The translations under genes and the position numbers were made by a program. A stretch of 64,000 nt of DNA from Tetramitus jugosus. Taxonomy: Eukaryota; Protista; Heterolobosea. Of this stretch, positions 33,337 to 44,470 are shown one piece after another. The notes beneath the pieces were generated by a model. It made no database searches. It saw only the letters and a program-made list of their open reading frames with translations, and was not told the origin of the DNA. Position 1 is the first letter of the stretch. Every line of letters begins with the position of its first letter. The stretch is taken from contig OW569361.1 in NCBI GenBank assembly GCA_937625935.1, positions 1 through 64,000 on the forward strand, in the 5' to 3' direction.

Positions 33337-35950
33337 ATGACCAACATGGACTACAATGTGTTTGCAAAGCTTCTAACATCAGACAACCAATTCTTGGCAC
33401 TTCTCTCCTCTCCCAGAGCACTTGGCCCAGATATGGAATCGGTGGCAAGTTCACTCGTAAAGCTTTCACATGCCATGGGTTGCACTACCGTGTTATTCAA
33501 TGTGTTGATCCGTTTAGAATTTGAAAAAGCTTACAATAATCAATCTCAGAGTGTGATCATGAGAGGTAATACTTTGGCTACAAAGTGTTTGGATCGATTT
33601 ATTCAATTGCGTTCGATTGATTTTTTGAAGCTTGTGTTGTTGAATTCGTTGAAGAGTGTCATCTTGGACGAATCATTGGATTTTGAGGTTGATAAGACGT
33701 ATGTGGTGTGAATCTCACATCTTCTTTTTCTGTTGTGCTCATGATGTGAATTCTTATAATGACAACGAACCATTTTCCATGTTTTTTTTTGTAATGATTC
33801 GACGATGCGTAGTAAGATGATGACAATTGAAGATGAGAACATCAAGGAACAATTAATGCAAACCAATTTGCAATTGCTTGATCGGTATACTTCTCGTTTC
33901 TTGGATGCCATATTTTCTGCACAAACAATTGCCATTATGCCGGTTGAATTGAAGAGTGCATGTGCTCAAATCAAGCAACTCTCTGAAAAGTATAATTTTG
34001 ATCCTGTGCCATTGATTGGTAGCTTTGTCATGTTGAGGTACGTCGTCGACTCTTATCTTTTTGTTCTACTTTCAATTTTTTGGTGTTGGTTTCGCTTGTT
34101 TGAACAGAAGGAGCTCACTCATATTGAACATGTTGTTTGCATCACATCATAGATTGTTCAATCCTTCGATTGTGTTCCCCGAGGCAAGAATGCTATTGCC
34201 ATCAGAGGTGATTGTGGACGGAAAGAAGAGAAGAAATTTGACACTTATCACTAAAATTATTCAAAATTTGTCAAATCAAGTTGATTTTGGTGCAAAGGAA
34301 GCTTATATGATCCCATTGAATTCCTTATTGAAGAGATATGAGAAACAAAACGAACAATTCCTGTGGAACACTTGTGCCGATTCTGCTTTCATGGAGCAAT
34401 CTGAACGGGAATCACAACAGAATATCGAGCGTGCTTTGCAAGAGAAAATTGTGACTAGTGATCCATCGTTACTCAAGGAAATTCTCAATATTCACACAAT
34501 TTTAAAGAAGAATAAGGATCGAATTACGAAGGAGCTTGGCGCTGACAGTGAAATGTTAAATCAATTCGAGTCTGTATTGTCTTCCTTACCTGTATTGCAG
34601 ATTGAGACGAAAAAGAAGTTACCCCCGATACCCACGCTGGGTGATCGTTCTAGTACTAGTTCTGCTGCCTCTTCCTCTTCTTCTATTGGCACAGAGACTC
34701 GTGAAAAGTTTGTAGATTCGGAGAGTTACAAGCAATTGTTGGCACAGTCACAAACGATTGAAGATTCAGATTTGGAAGCATTAAATATTTTGACATTTAG
34801 AGGCAATGATAAGGAAGGCCGTCCAATCATGGTTTTCACTGAGGAGAGAGTCAAGAAGGAGGATCTGGAACGAGTGCTATTGTATATCGTTAAGAAGATG
34901 GACAAGATTGTTGAGAAGGATTATGTGATGATTTGGTGCGTGAACAACACATCGAACCAAAACCGTCCAGGTTTTAATTGGCTATTGAACGTCTATCGAT
35001 CCTTGTCTAGAAAGTATAAGAAGAATTTGAAATCATTTTACTTGATTCATCCGACCTTTATGTTCAAGATGATTATCAAGTTGTTCCGTCCATTTGTGAG
35101 TGACAAGTTTTGGAAAAAGTTGCACATGTGTGACCGAGTCTCTCAAGTTTATGCTGATATTGACAAGGATGCTCTTCCATTGCCACCAAGCGTATTGAGT
35201 CATGACTTTTTGTTGCACAAGGATACATCTGATATGAATCCTGTATTTGGAGTGACAATTGCTGAAATTATGGCCAGACCAGAAAATAAGAATCTCCAGT
35301 TGCCACTCTTCTTGAAACAGTTGTTTGAGCATATTAGACGCCACGGAATGAACGCTCAAGGACTGTTTAGAATATCTGGCAGTTCCACAGAAGCCAGCAA
35401 GATTAAGATTTTGTTGAACAATGCAGACAATATTGATCTCTGTCACTGTGATATTCACACGATTGGTACTGTTGTGAAGCAATTCTTCAGAGAATTGCCT
35501 GAACCATTGTTCACATACGAATTGTACAATAGTTTCCTATCGATTTTGCAGAACTCTGGATCGATGGATGATCCAATCAGTAATCATTCATTTGTCGAAC
35601 CTGTGAAGGAATTATTGAACAAGTTGCCAAATGTAAATTATCTCGTAACCAAGGAGCTGTTCTCTCTATTGGTACAAATCAGTTTGAACAGTGACGAGAA
35701 TATGATGTCGAGCAACAATTTGGCCATTGTGTTCGGACCCAATATTCTCAGAGGCAGAAACGAGAATCCACTATCTGCCTTGCAAGACAACAACGGCATA
35801 ACAAAGATTGTTGATTTCATCATCAAGGAATACACCAACCTGTTTATGGCACAGTCAATGAACAGAAGAACAAGACCAACCAACGTGCGCTATAGCACTT
35901 CAGTATTCCTTGAGAATTTTATCCATCCAGACAGCAACAACCAACAATAA
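33337..35950 (+). CDS. RasGAP + CRAL-TRIO/BCH + RhoGAP fusion protein, 3 exons
   Basis: RasGAP (IMRGNTLATK, FVMLR-LFNPSI, LITKIIQNLSN), BCH (DKEGRPI, KYKKNLKSFYLIHP) and RhoGAP (GLFRISG, FFRELPEPL, NLAIVFGPNIL). Introns 33699-33812 and 34038-34152. Confidence 0.88.
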
Positions 35951-36210
35951 TGGTCAACTCGAGACAACAAACAAAAGAAACATTAATTTATATCTTATAA
36001 ACATCCCACAAAGCTTTTCGCGTATTCAAGCATTCAGCCGCCCACAGTGGAGCCTCCGACTCCTTCGTCAAGTCACACGTCAAAAAAACAGGAACAATTT
36101 GTCCTTCTCACCAGCGCAGTTATTTCTGATGCGCCCCAGAACAGAGAGAGAAAAAACACTTTGAACAGCAACGACAACAACAACGACAACAGCAAGAGAG
36201 CGCTCTGACG

Positions 36211-38103
36211 ATGGCATCAATCAACCACACCAACGTCGCAAGTACCAGCACGGCCACTTCCTCTCCCACCATCACCACAAACAACAACAACAACAACAAT
36301 AGCAACACCAACAACAACAGCAACACTACACTACCGACAAGCATCTTTCGTTTACCTTCCCACGCACTCAAATCATCTGATTTTGAATTGGTGCAGAGTA
36401 TTGGTCGAGGTTCGTTCGGTGTCGTATGGAAGGGCATTTATCGACCGACCAACGAAACGATTGCCGTCAAAATTATCAACTTGGAAGCATCGCAGGACGA
36501 CATTGAAGATATTCAACAAGAGATTCACGTACAGCGATCCATTGACTGTCCCTATATTGTCAAGGTTTTTGGTAGTTTTACAGTGGGTGAAGAATTGTGG
36601 ATCATTCAGGAGATTATGAGCGGTGGTTCCGTGTTGGATCTGTTGTTGCCTGGTCCTATTGCTGAACCGTACTGTGCCATTGTGTTGAGAGAGTTGTTGG
36701 GTGCACTGGAATATTTGCATCAGGAAGGCAAGATTCACAGAGATATGAAATGTGCCAATGTGTTGGTCGGGCAGGACGGAACAGTCAAGTTGGCTGATTT
36801 TGGAGTGGTGGCACAGTTGACGAACGCAGTCAAGAGACACACGTTTGTGGGAACACCGTATTGGATGGCACCCGAGATTATTAACAATAAGCAGGATGGT
36901 TATGATCACAGGGTGGATATATGGTCGTTGGGTATTACTGCAATTGAGATGGCAAAGGGCAATCCACCGTACAGTAACATTCATCCGACAAAGGCATTGT
37001 TCTTGATTCCAAAGAATGAACCACCGAGACTCGAAGGCAACTTTAGTAAGCAGTTCAAGGACTTTGTTGCGTTTTGTTTACAAAAGGATCCGAGTGCGAG
37101 ATTGTCGGCCAAGGACCTATTGAAACACAAGTTTATCAAGGGTGCAAAAAAGGGTACGCAATTGTTAACAGACTTGTTGGAGAGAAGAGATCAATATATT
37201 GCTGTTCATGGAACGGGAAAGGATGACAAGAGATCGAAATCTGCGGGAAGACGTCTTGGTAAGAGCGGTGGTGGTGGTGGTGGATCAGATGGCGAGGATG
37301 GAGATTATGATGACGAGGACGATCAGACAGAGTTGGACTCTGATTCTGATTTGGCTACTCAGTCCGAGTGGGTGTTTGACGAGAAGACGGGTACGGTGCG
37401 AGGAAGCAAGTCCAACTCATCAGGAGGCAGAGTCGATGGTTCATCGACGAGTGATCACTTCTCACCTGGACAGGATGACAGTGATGAATCATCGGACATG
37501 ACTGACACGGATGACGATGAGGAAGAGGATGAAGAGGACGACGAGGATGACAATGGTCACTCTGGTTACGAAACAACAAAGAACATTAATGTAATGAAGC
37601 GTGGGTCGAGCTCCATGGAAAAATCGGTCGTCAACCAAAATGGCTCCAGTGAGTCCAATGAGCGTGGTAACAGAAGGTTGTCCTTGCTGAAACAAATGCA
37701 TGAACAAGCAGTGGACAGAGCTCAACAGGCAATCAAGGAGAAGAAACAATTGAACGAGAAGAAGAGTTCACAGGTTTTGACACAAATTATTCATACTTCC
37801 TTGTCTGATGCATCATCGGATGAGAAGACTCAGGCACTAGCTACCAATATTCGATCCGTGTTTGATCAATTGGAGCAATTGAGCCCAGGATTCAGTAAGA
37901 CCTTTTTTGAATCGGCACTAGGATATGCGCAACAACATCCATTGTTATTGTCTACTAATCTTGTTACGATGGGAAGCGCCAATAATGCAAAGGTATCACT
38001 CATTGATCCAAATCGATATCAAGAGGCTCTGAAAGCGGTTCCATCCGATGACGCTCTCACAAAGCAGTTAATGGAAAGATGGAAGAAAAAGATTGATGGT
38101 TAA
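36211..38103 (+). CDS. STE20-family kinase, GCK-III (MST3/MST4/YSK1/severin kinase-like)
   Basis: GRGSFG, IAVKII, DDIEDIQQEI, HRDMKCAN, DFG and TFVGTPYWMAPE. Confidence 0.93.
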   Translation: MASINHTNVASTSTATSSPTITTNNNNNNNSNTNNNSNTTLPTSIFRLPSHALKSSDFELVQSIGRGSFGVVWKGIYRPTNETIAVKIINLEASQDDIEDIQQEIHVQRSIDCPYIVKVFGSFTVGEELWIIQEIMSGGSVLDLLLPGPIAEPYCAIVLRELLGALEYLHQEGKIHRDMKCANVLVGQDGTVKLADFGVVAQLTNAVKRHTFVGTPYWMAPEIINNKQDGYDHRVDIWSLGITAIEMAKGNPPYSNIHPTKALFLIPKNEPPRLEGNFSKQFKDFVAFCLQKDPSARLSAKDLLKHKFIKGAKKGTQLLTDLLERRDQYIAVHGTGKDDKRSKSAGRRLGKSGGGGGGSDGEDGDYDDEDDQTELDSDSDLATQSEWVFDEKTGTVRGSKSNSSGGRVDGSSTSDHFSPGQDDSDESSDMTDTDDDEEEDEEDDEDDNGHSGYETTKNINVMKRGSSSMEKSVVNQNGSSESNERGNRRLSLLKQMHEQAVDRAQQAIKEKKQLNEKKSSQVLTQIIHTSLSDASSDEKTQALATNIRSVFDQLEQLSPGFSKTFFESALGYAQQHPLLLSTNLVTMGSANNAKVSLIDPNRYQEALKAVPSDDALTKQLMERWKKKIDG

Positions 38104-38327
38104 TTTTTTCAAAGGAGAGAAAACTGTAAAAAAATGTACATAAACGCTTTTCGAGCAAAGATTTGACTCTAATTGTGGACAATGGTCAACCAACGAAAAA
38201 TCAATCTAAAAAATTCATGTTTGGCAAGCAGCAGATGATGAAGAAACGAGTATTCTCAGAGGATGATTCAGGTGGAGGAAAAGCTTCCAAACTTCAAAGG
38301 AAGTCGCAAACAACAAAGTCAATAATT

Positions 38328-40254
38328 CGGCCAGATTTTACCTTGTACACTTATTTTTAACAAACTTGACGGACAATAAAATTTGATGGAGAATTTGTTT
38401 TCCCGAGATGTTATCCGCCATTTACAATTTTCTTTACAAAATATCCCCAGTGCCTGGAAGGTTCATTGAAGCACTTGCTACAAATTTGATGTCCACAAGC
38501 TGGACAATATGTCTTGCACATACTTTTTTTCTTGTTTTCTTGCGCGTAGCACACCTTACAGTACGTTCTCATTTTGACATCCTCCAGCACATGATCTTCG
38601 ATCTCCTTCTCCTTCTCTACTTTAAAAATTTGGTTCGATAGAATCTCCATGAATAGAATTTGGGATAGTTGAGCAGTTGGATGCTCGAGATTGTACAAAA
38701 TACGAGCATCATGTACAAGCACACCCATTGTCCAAATCCATACCGCCGATGTCCATCGTGTGCAGGTGTGGTTGTAGTATGATGACATTATAGACGCATT
38801 GACCTCATCAATCACACATGCCATTTGATGATAGTCATAGACCATCATTGGGACTGTTACGTCCTGTTCCTCGCGCTCTCCTTCCCCTATGTATACATCC
38901 TCTTTCACAGTTACATATTCATCACATCGATGAAAGGTGGATAGAATATTATTAAACGACTTTCCAACTATCTTATTGTTCTTGAATTTGTCCTTCTCTT
39001 GACTAACGGCAGAACAATAATGACCACAACCCATCAGTCCTTCTACACCAACAGTCTTGTGTTGATTCACCTTCTTAGTGTTGAGCAGGTCTCTGAACAG
39101 GAATCCTGGTCTATCACTCTTGCATTTGAACAAGGCATGGTGCCCCATTGCAGTCACTGCAATGGTGGGATCACATCCACCGAACCAGGAATCTCCAACC
39201 ACGATATGACTGCCTTGTAAGTGGGAAAGAAGAGTGCCTAGAACATCTGGAATAGTGGTCGTCAATACATCCTCGCGCACCAGTTTCAATTTCTTGCTGC
39301 GATCAATCGGTGGATATAGATAATCTGTCGATGTTCTTTTATGCATATTGAAAGAGATCAGATACATGTTCGCGTCTGCCACATCTTCAAATTTAATGCC
39401 ATGCGGATGTGGTTTCCGTTGCACGAATACATGATGCGGGTTATTGTTGCATTGAATAGGAGCAATAGATTCATCAACACAGAGCCATTTATGAGGAGTA
39501 TAGTCACACTGAATAGATTTCAAAACGCCATCAAGCCATTTATCAGCTTCGCCATCCAAGTCCAAACAATTCCACATCTCCATGAATTTGTATTGTTTCA
39601 TTCTCCTATCAAACCACTTCTTCGTTCCACACTTGGTTTCATCACAATCACTCCAGTATTGGTCAAGTGTGTGGAAGTTGATTGTTGAAATCCTGAAAAA
39701 GCAGGCCAGAAATTGGAACAAATCATTATGGTCAAAGCAGTCATTGAAACGTTTGAGATATTTGTTTCTGTCCTTCTCATACAGCTCTTGACTCTGAGTA
39801 ACTGGGCGACCTCGCAATCCTTCTTTGGTCTTTCTCTCCTCATATCTTGCATCCCTCCTATAGTTCATACATTCGAGTGTCATCGTGATGAGATCGTCGT
39901 TGTAAAGGCGAAGAAAATGGTCCAACACAGTTCTATTGGTTGTTGGTAACGTTCCTCTCGCTATTTTCGTTGCTGTGGTGAAGTTGACCTTGGTCGTCGG
40001 TTGTTTTGTTGTTACAAAATCTGCTCCTTCCACGTAGGTATCACAGACCACATTCTCAGCATCTAGTGTGATGACACTCACCTTCATGTGTGCAGAGGGA
40101 ATTGGTTGAGGATTTTCAGGACGAACATTGATTACTTGTTGTTCCATGGAGTCCATGCTTTATTTTGCCGATGGAATTTCTCAATCTTGATTCAGTTGTA
40201 TTTGTGTTCTCCCCGAGTTGATAAAAATAAGTGTTCATGGGTAAAATCTGGCCG
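38328..40254 (-). mobile_element. Full-length piggyBac-like DNA transposon with imperfect TIRs and AATT target duplication
   Basis: Left end CGGCCAGATTTTACCTTGTACACTTATTTTTA versus reverse complement of the right end CGGCCAGATTTTACCCATGAACACTTATTTTTA. AATT at 38324-38327 and 40255-40258. Confidence 0.92.
38411..40156 (-). CDS. piggyBac-family (DDD) transposase, intact, 581 aa
   Basis: Catalytic VDES, VGDSWF and VIDEVN. Also RKPHPHGIK and a C-terminal Cys-rich domain CKVC..CPAC..CSKC. Confidence 0.92.
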   Translation of the reverse strand: MDSMEQQVINVRPENPQPIPSAHMKVSVITLDAENVVCDTYVEGADFVTTKQPTTKVNFTTATKIARGTLPTTNRTVLDHFLRLYNDDLITMTLECMNYRRDARYEERKTKEGLRGRPVTQSQELYEKDRNKYLKRFNDCFDHNDLFQFLACFFRISTINFHTLDQYWSDCDETKCGTKKWFDRRMKQYKFMEMWNCLDLDGEADKWLDGVLKSIQCDYTPHKWLCVDESIAPIQCNNNPHHVFVQRKPHPHGIKFEDVADANMYLISFNMHKRTSTDYLYPPIDRSKKLKLVREDVLTTTIPDVLGTLLSHLQGSHIVVGDSWFGGCDPTIAVTAMGHHALFKCKSDRPGFLFRDLLNTKKVNQHKTVGVEGLMGCGHYCSAVSQEKDKFKNNKIVGKSFNNILSTFHRCDEYVTVKEDVYIGEGEREEQDVTVPMMVYDYHQMACVIDEVNASIMSSYYNHTCTRWTSAVWIWTMGVLVHDARILYNLEHPTAQLSQILFMEILSNQIFKVEKEKEIEDHVLEDVKMRTYCKVCYAQENKKKSMCKTYCPACGHQICSKCFNEPSRHWGYFVKKIVNGG

Positions 40255-41437
40255 AATTGAACAATCTCTGTCAAGTTTTTTGCCTCGAATTGTGTATTAT
40301 GTCAGTGAAGTGAGATCAGTTGTCTGCTTGAGTGAAGTCTGTCGTTCGTGGTATAACTCCATTCGTCAATTAGGTCGAACAGGTGCTCAAGGTGAGCGAA
40401 ACTTCTGGCGTGAAATGTACTGTAGATACTACTTTATCTATCCTTCGTCTTGGAGGCCTGTTACTTCCAGTCGGATAGCAAAGGACCAAGAACAAAGCTT
40501 TATCGATCAATTTTTGAACCTGTTTGATGGATATGACCTGTCAGAATTGAGAAATTTGTTTCTGGATGGTTGTGACTGGAGAGAGGCGTTCATTGTCCGA
40601 TTCAACATAACACGGGATTCTCTCGAGGACAGGAACAGAAATTTGGCTTGTTATATTGCAAACCTTTGTCAGAGTGATGAGAATGGTGATCGTCAAGTAG
40701 TGGCCATTGATCAACAATGGGAGAAAAGATGTGATGAAACGGCAGTCGATGTCCTATTGGAAAATTGGGATGTAATTCGAGAGAAGTTCAGAGAGTTGGA
40801 CCAACAAGAGCAGTACTCTTCTCTCATTGTTCAGAGTTATCGGGTGAATGACCTTTGTTTGTTCTTTGATTCCAGGTCAATTGTTGTGACTTATGCTTCT
40901 CATATGTTGAAAGGATCTAATGGAACAGGAGAAAACCGATACGAATACCAGGTATTTTCAAAGTTTGTTCCTAGCGTATTCGAAGTTGTGGTGCTTGAAT
41001 CCATGGAGGATTTTGTCGTAGAGTTTGAGATGTTGGTAAACAATAGTCGAGTTGCTTTTCAGACAAAAGAAGAAAACAACCACCAGTTGACAATTAACAT
41101 AACTAGTTTGGGTTCTTTATTTTCGGAATGGCTCATCGGGTCTCCAAGTTTTTCACTGAGGAGGAGCAAGGATAATATCGTTCCTCTCACTTGTCTTATC
41201 TACGAAATGCTCAAGTGCTTGGAGTGCTTATTCTTTCCTATCGAAACACTATTCGATCGCAATAATATATTTATCAAAGAAGAGAGTGCGCTTTCCAACC
41301 CCTAATTAAATACCTTCAAAGTTTGTGAATCACAGACAAAGTCAACTCCATGGTCGCCATATGCAAAAAGAAGTACGCCTCCCGGAATACAATCAAAATT
41401 TTGTAAGGTTCAATTTGCTCGAACGCAAAAGGATATG

Positions 41438-41510
41438 CGCCTTCCGGGGGGCTCGAACCCCCGACCGTTGGGTTAAAAGCCCAACGCTCTACCGACTGAG
41501 CTAGGAAGGC
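41438..41510 (-). tRNA. tRNA-Lys (TTT)
   Basis: GCCTTCCTAGCTCAGTCGGTAGAGCGTTGGGC-T-TTT-AACCCAACGGTCGGGGGTTCGAGCCCCCCGGAAGGCG forms a full cloverleaf with A/B boxes and a downstream T4 terminator. Confidence 0.97.
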
Positions 41511-41554
41511 TATATTTATTATCGATATTTGCGTATTTTCGGCCGTTTCTGGGC

Positions 41555-41930
41555 ACGCAGAAAAACGGAATTCACGTGTCTGATGATTCAACAAATTTGA
41601 TGAAGGAATACTGCAACAGTCGTTATGCAGGCTGGACCACTGCACTGCACAGGAAGGCATTGGCACTGGCTGCTGCACGCAAAAGGTATGGTCTGACTGA
41701 GTACGAACCAGTCATTGTGGATGTGGATGATGACTCCGAAAAGGAGATTCAGAGTCCACAACTCAATGACAACAAGAAAAGGAGTGCTAGGATCACACTG
41801 GGTGTTGTCATTTGCCCGGATTACAATTAACTGTGATGACTGCAATGTCGCTCGATACCTGCCATCAGCCATCCCAAAAAGAACTACACTATGGCTATCC
41901 CAAAGGTTGTATAAAAAACAAAAAAACAAG
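41555..41930 (+). mobile_element. Internally deleted mini non-LTR retroelement upstream of tRNA-Lys
   Basis: The 5' end and ORF1 N- and C-terminal pieces match 50264-51433, and an ORF2 piece (CDDCNVARYLPSAI) matches 51575-52722. It ends GGTTGTAT plus an A-rich tail. Degenerate TSD CGGCCGTTTCT (41540-41550) / CGGCGTTTCT (41931-41940). Confidence 0.88.
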
Positions 41931-41952
41931 CGGCGTTTCTCAAACCGTAAAC

Positions 41953-42945
41953 ATGTCTGAAAGGCCACAACTCACAAAACAACTCCAACAACAAGACATG
42001 ACTACTCCAGATTTGTATGTCGGATACGAATCAATTGCAGAGATTGAGGAAGAAAACTATGACAAAGACACAGAAGTAATTGTACCTTCTGCTTTTCCTG
42101 GATTGTCATCTCCCATGCACCTCTATTACGCTGGATCACTTCCCCAATTGAGAAGCTTGTTCAAAGAAACTCTTGTCTTGATGTTACAAGAAGCAGCAAA
42201 GAGTGTTTGCAGAGTGTATGCAATGTATACGAAAACCAAAGATTGTGAATTTGATTTCGAGTATCCTAACTATCGAATCAACTGCGGGACCGCATTTAGT
42301 ATCTCTGATCGTTTTCTAGTCACGTGTAGACACATTGTTGAGGAGAAATTATGTTTTGTTCATGAGGATCAGATGCATTGCACAGAGGATTGCAAACCAC
42401 TGTTCTTGCGAAAAGTGTTCATTACCTTCAATGATGACGCAAGAAGGTCGGTCGATGATTTGGAATATATTTGGGGATTTCATGAGGTGTTGGTGAGATA
42501 TCCAAGCGAAAGGAGATCTAAATCAACTGATTTCTGCTTCTTACACTTGGTCGATTATAGTTCACAATCTTATCTTCTTCCATCATTCGAGGAGAAGGTA
42601 TCTCCTTATGCTTTGGTCAGTTATCCTGGAATTATTGGCCAAGAAACATATGAAAAGAAGTACCATAGCCCTATCTCTTATGCTGACTTGCAACGTACGA
42701 CAGGAGGATTTCATCGCAAGGTTGTTTCCTTGAGCAGAGAATTGAATCTGGATGAGAATGATCTATTGGTCCACAACTGCTCTGCTCTGAGAGGGTCTTC
42801 TGGAGCCCCACTGATAAATGCAGAAGGAAAATTCATTGGAATACAGATTGGAGGTTCCCCAGAACGTTCTGGAAACATAGCGATTGATACTCGAGCTTCG
42901 TACTTTAAGGAACAGTATCAAAGTGTGTTAAACATTATCGATTGA
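41953..42945 (+). CDS. Trypsin-like serine peptidase (Trypsin_2-type), no signal peptide
   Basis: GTAF..LVTCRH, TDFCFL and HNCSALRGSSGAPL..IGI. Confidence 0.82.
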   Translation: MSERPQLTKQLQQQDMTTPDLYVGYESIAEIEEENYDKDTEVIVPSAFPGLSSPMHLYYAGSLPQLRSLFKETLVLMLQEAAKSVCRVYAMYTKTKDCEFDFEYPNYRINCGTAFSISDRFLVTCRHIVEEKLCFVHEDQMHCTEDCKPLFLRKVFITFNDDARRSVDDLEYIWGFHEVLVRYPSERRSKSTDFCFLHLVDYSSQSYLLPSFEEKVSPYALVSYPGIIGQETYEKKYHSPISYADLQRTTGGFHRKVVSLSRELNLDENDLLVHNCSALRGSSGAPLINAEGKFIGIQIGGSPERSGNIAIDTRASYFKEQYQSVLNIID

Positions 42946-43029
42946 AGAGGTCCTTTCATGCAGCATGAGGCAGGGCACGATAGATTCAACAAAATAAAGA
43001 AGACGTCGATAAGCAATTTACTTAAACGT

Positions 43030-43994
43030 TCAGTTTGTTTGAGTCTTGTTGTGACTCAAAGCACTAGTTGGATACCAGTTCACATCAACGTCAACACCAC
43101 AGCTTGGTCCGTGATCATTGAATTGCTTGATATTTGGATTGTTCCAACCTCCGAACTGATACGCCCAGCTGTCAGAAAAATTTGGAACTCCGTCATAATG
43201 AGCATACCATTGAGGAAGATTGGAGAAGCTAGCATCACCACCAACCGTCTGTTCCCATTCATATTTGCTGCTATACATGCCAACCTTTCCTTGACCAAGC
43301 ATATTGATGGCAGTGTTGGCTGCTTCTCTCAAGTAAGCAACATTGGATGCTGCATCGTTCCAACAACCATTGCACTGTTCAATATCCAACCACAGTTGAC
43401 CAAATCTGATTCCTTGAGAGTTCAAGTTATTGATAATGCTGCTCATGGCAGAGGAAGCAGGAGAATTACCGCGGCAGTTGGGGCACATGAAAACATAGAC
43501 ATCAACATGAGCCATACCAGCGTTCCAAGCATCAGAAATACAAGCTTGCATATTGGAGTTGTATTGATAACCACCATTCCAAGCTAACAACAACAACAAC
43601 AACAACAACACACAATTTCACACACATTTACAACAACAAGAACAAACACAAAACGCAACAACAAGCACAAAAAGTGTGAATAACAAAAATTTTACTTCCT
43701 TGTTAGACAAAGACAATGAACAAAAAACATACCTTCAATGATAGCAAAAGAGTAACCACTGTTGACTAGGCACTTCCAACTGTCGAGTGAAATACCATTC
43801 TCACATGACATGAGACTCACATCGATACCATAGGCACCACCATTGCTTGGTGATGAAGAGGAATCACCTCTTGGAACTCTGTTGGCAGCTCTTCTTCTGA
43901 TTGGTCTGACCATGCCATCACCACCAGAAGTTCTCAATGTGGCACTAGCTACTGCAACCAGTAACAAAACGATAGCAATTACGAGAAATCTCAT
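43030..43994 (-). CDS. GH25 (protist-type) lysozyme, secreted, 2 exons
   Basis: Signal peptide, YGIDVS, GYSFAIIE, intron about 43732-43585, VDVYVFMC, LWLDIE, WYAHYDG and FGGWNNPNIKQF. Confidence 0.9.
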
Positions 43995-44470
43995 TTTTGT
44001 TTGTGTTGTTTTTTTTTATGGTAAAGTTATGCTTTTGGTGTGATACTTTTCTCGCACCACAATTTGTTCAATGACGCAAAATGTCGCAGCTCTCGAACAG
44101 TGATCCTCTGAGGGGATAACCTCTTGGTTTTTCGCGATACTACTTTACAAAATAATCCCTGTGTGATCTGGGTGACAGGGTGGCACCAGGTGGAATGTGC
44201 CTTGTTTGGGAGAGTGGAGCGATTGTAAAACATCATTTAGAAAGTTGAATTACAGGTAGATGACCACTACAGTCACCCGTTCAATCGAAAGATGGTAATA
44301 TTATGGTTATAATCATGTGCGAATAGTAACAGAATGATAGAGCCCTCGAACGAGAACAAATAAACGAGCGAAACAACAACCAGAAAAAATTTTGGGACAA
44401 CACCGTGTGAAAATGCCAAGCACAAAAAGGAAATTCTCATCATTCTTCTCTTCTGCTAATTTATTGTTTA

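Larger units (their letters stand above)
38217..41305 (+). pseudogene. F-box-like gene interrupted by the piggyBac-like insertion
   Basis: 38217-38327 (MFGKQ...TTKSII) joins in frame to 40259-41305 (EQSLSSFLPRIVYYVSEVRSVVCLSEVCRSW...FWREMY) once the element and one AATT are removed. Confidence 0.8.

Noticed and set aside
40088-40254. N-terminus of the 405-aa ORF as listed in the ORF track
   Set aside because: It is read-through of the transposon end/TIR. The true N-terminus lies at 38217.
43585-43690. (CAA)n and similar trinucleotide runs here and in many N-termini and introns
   Set aside because: Ordinary microsatellite/low-complexity sequence, not CRISPR-like repeat-spacer arrays.
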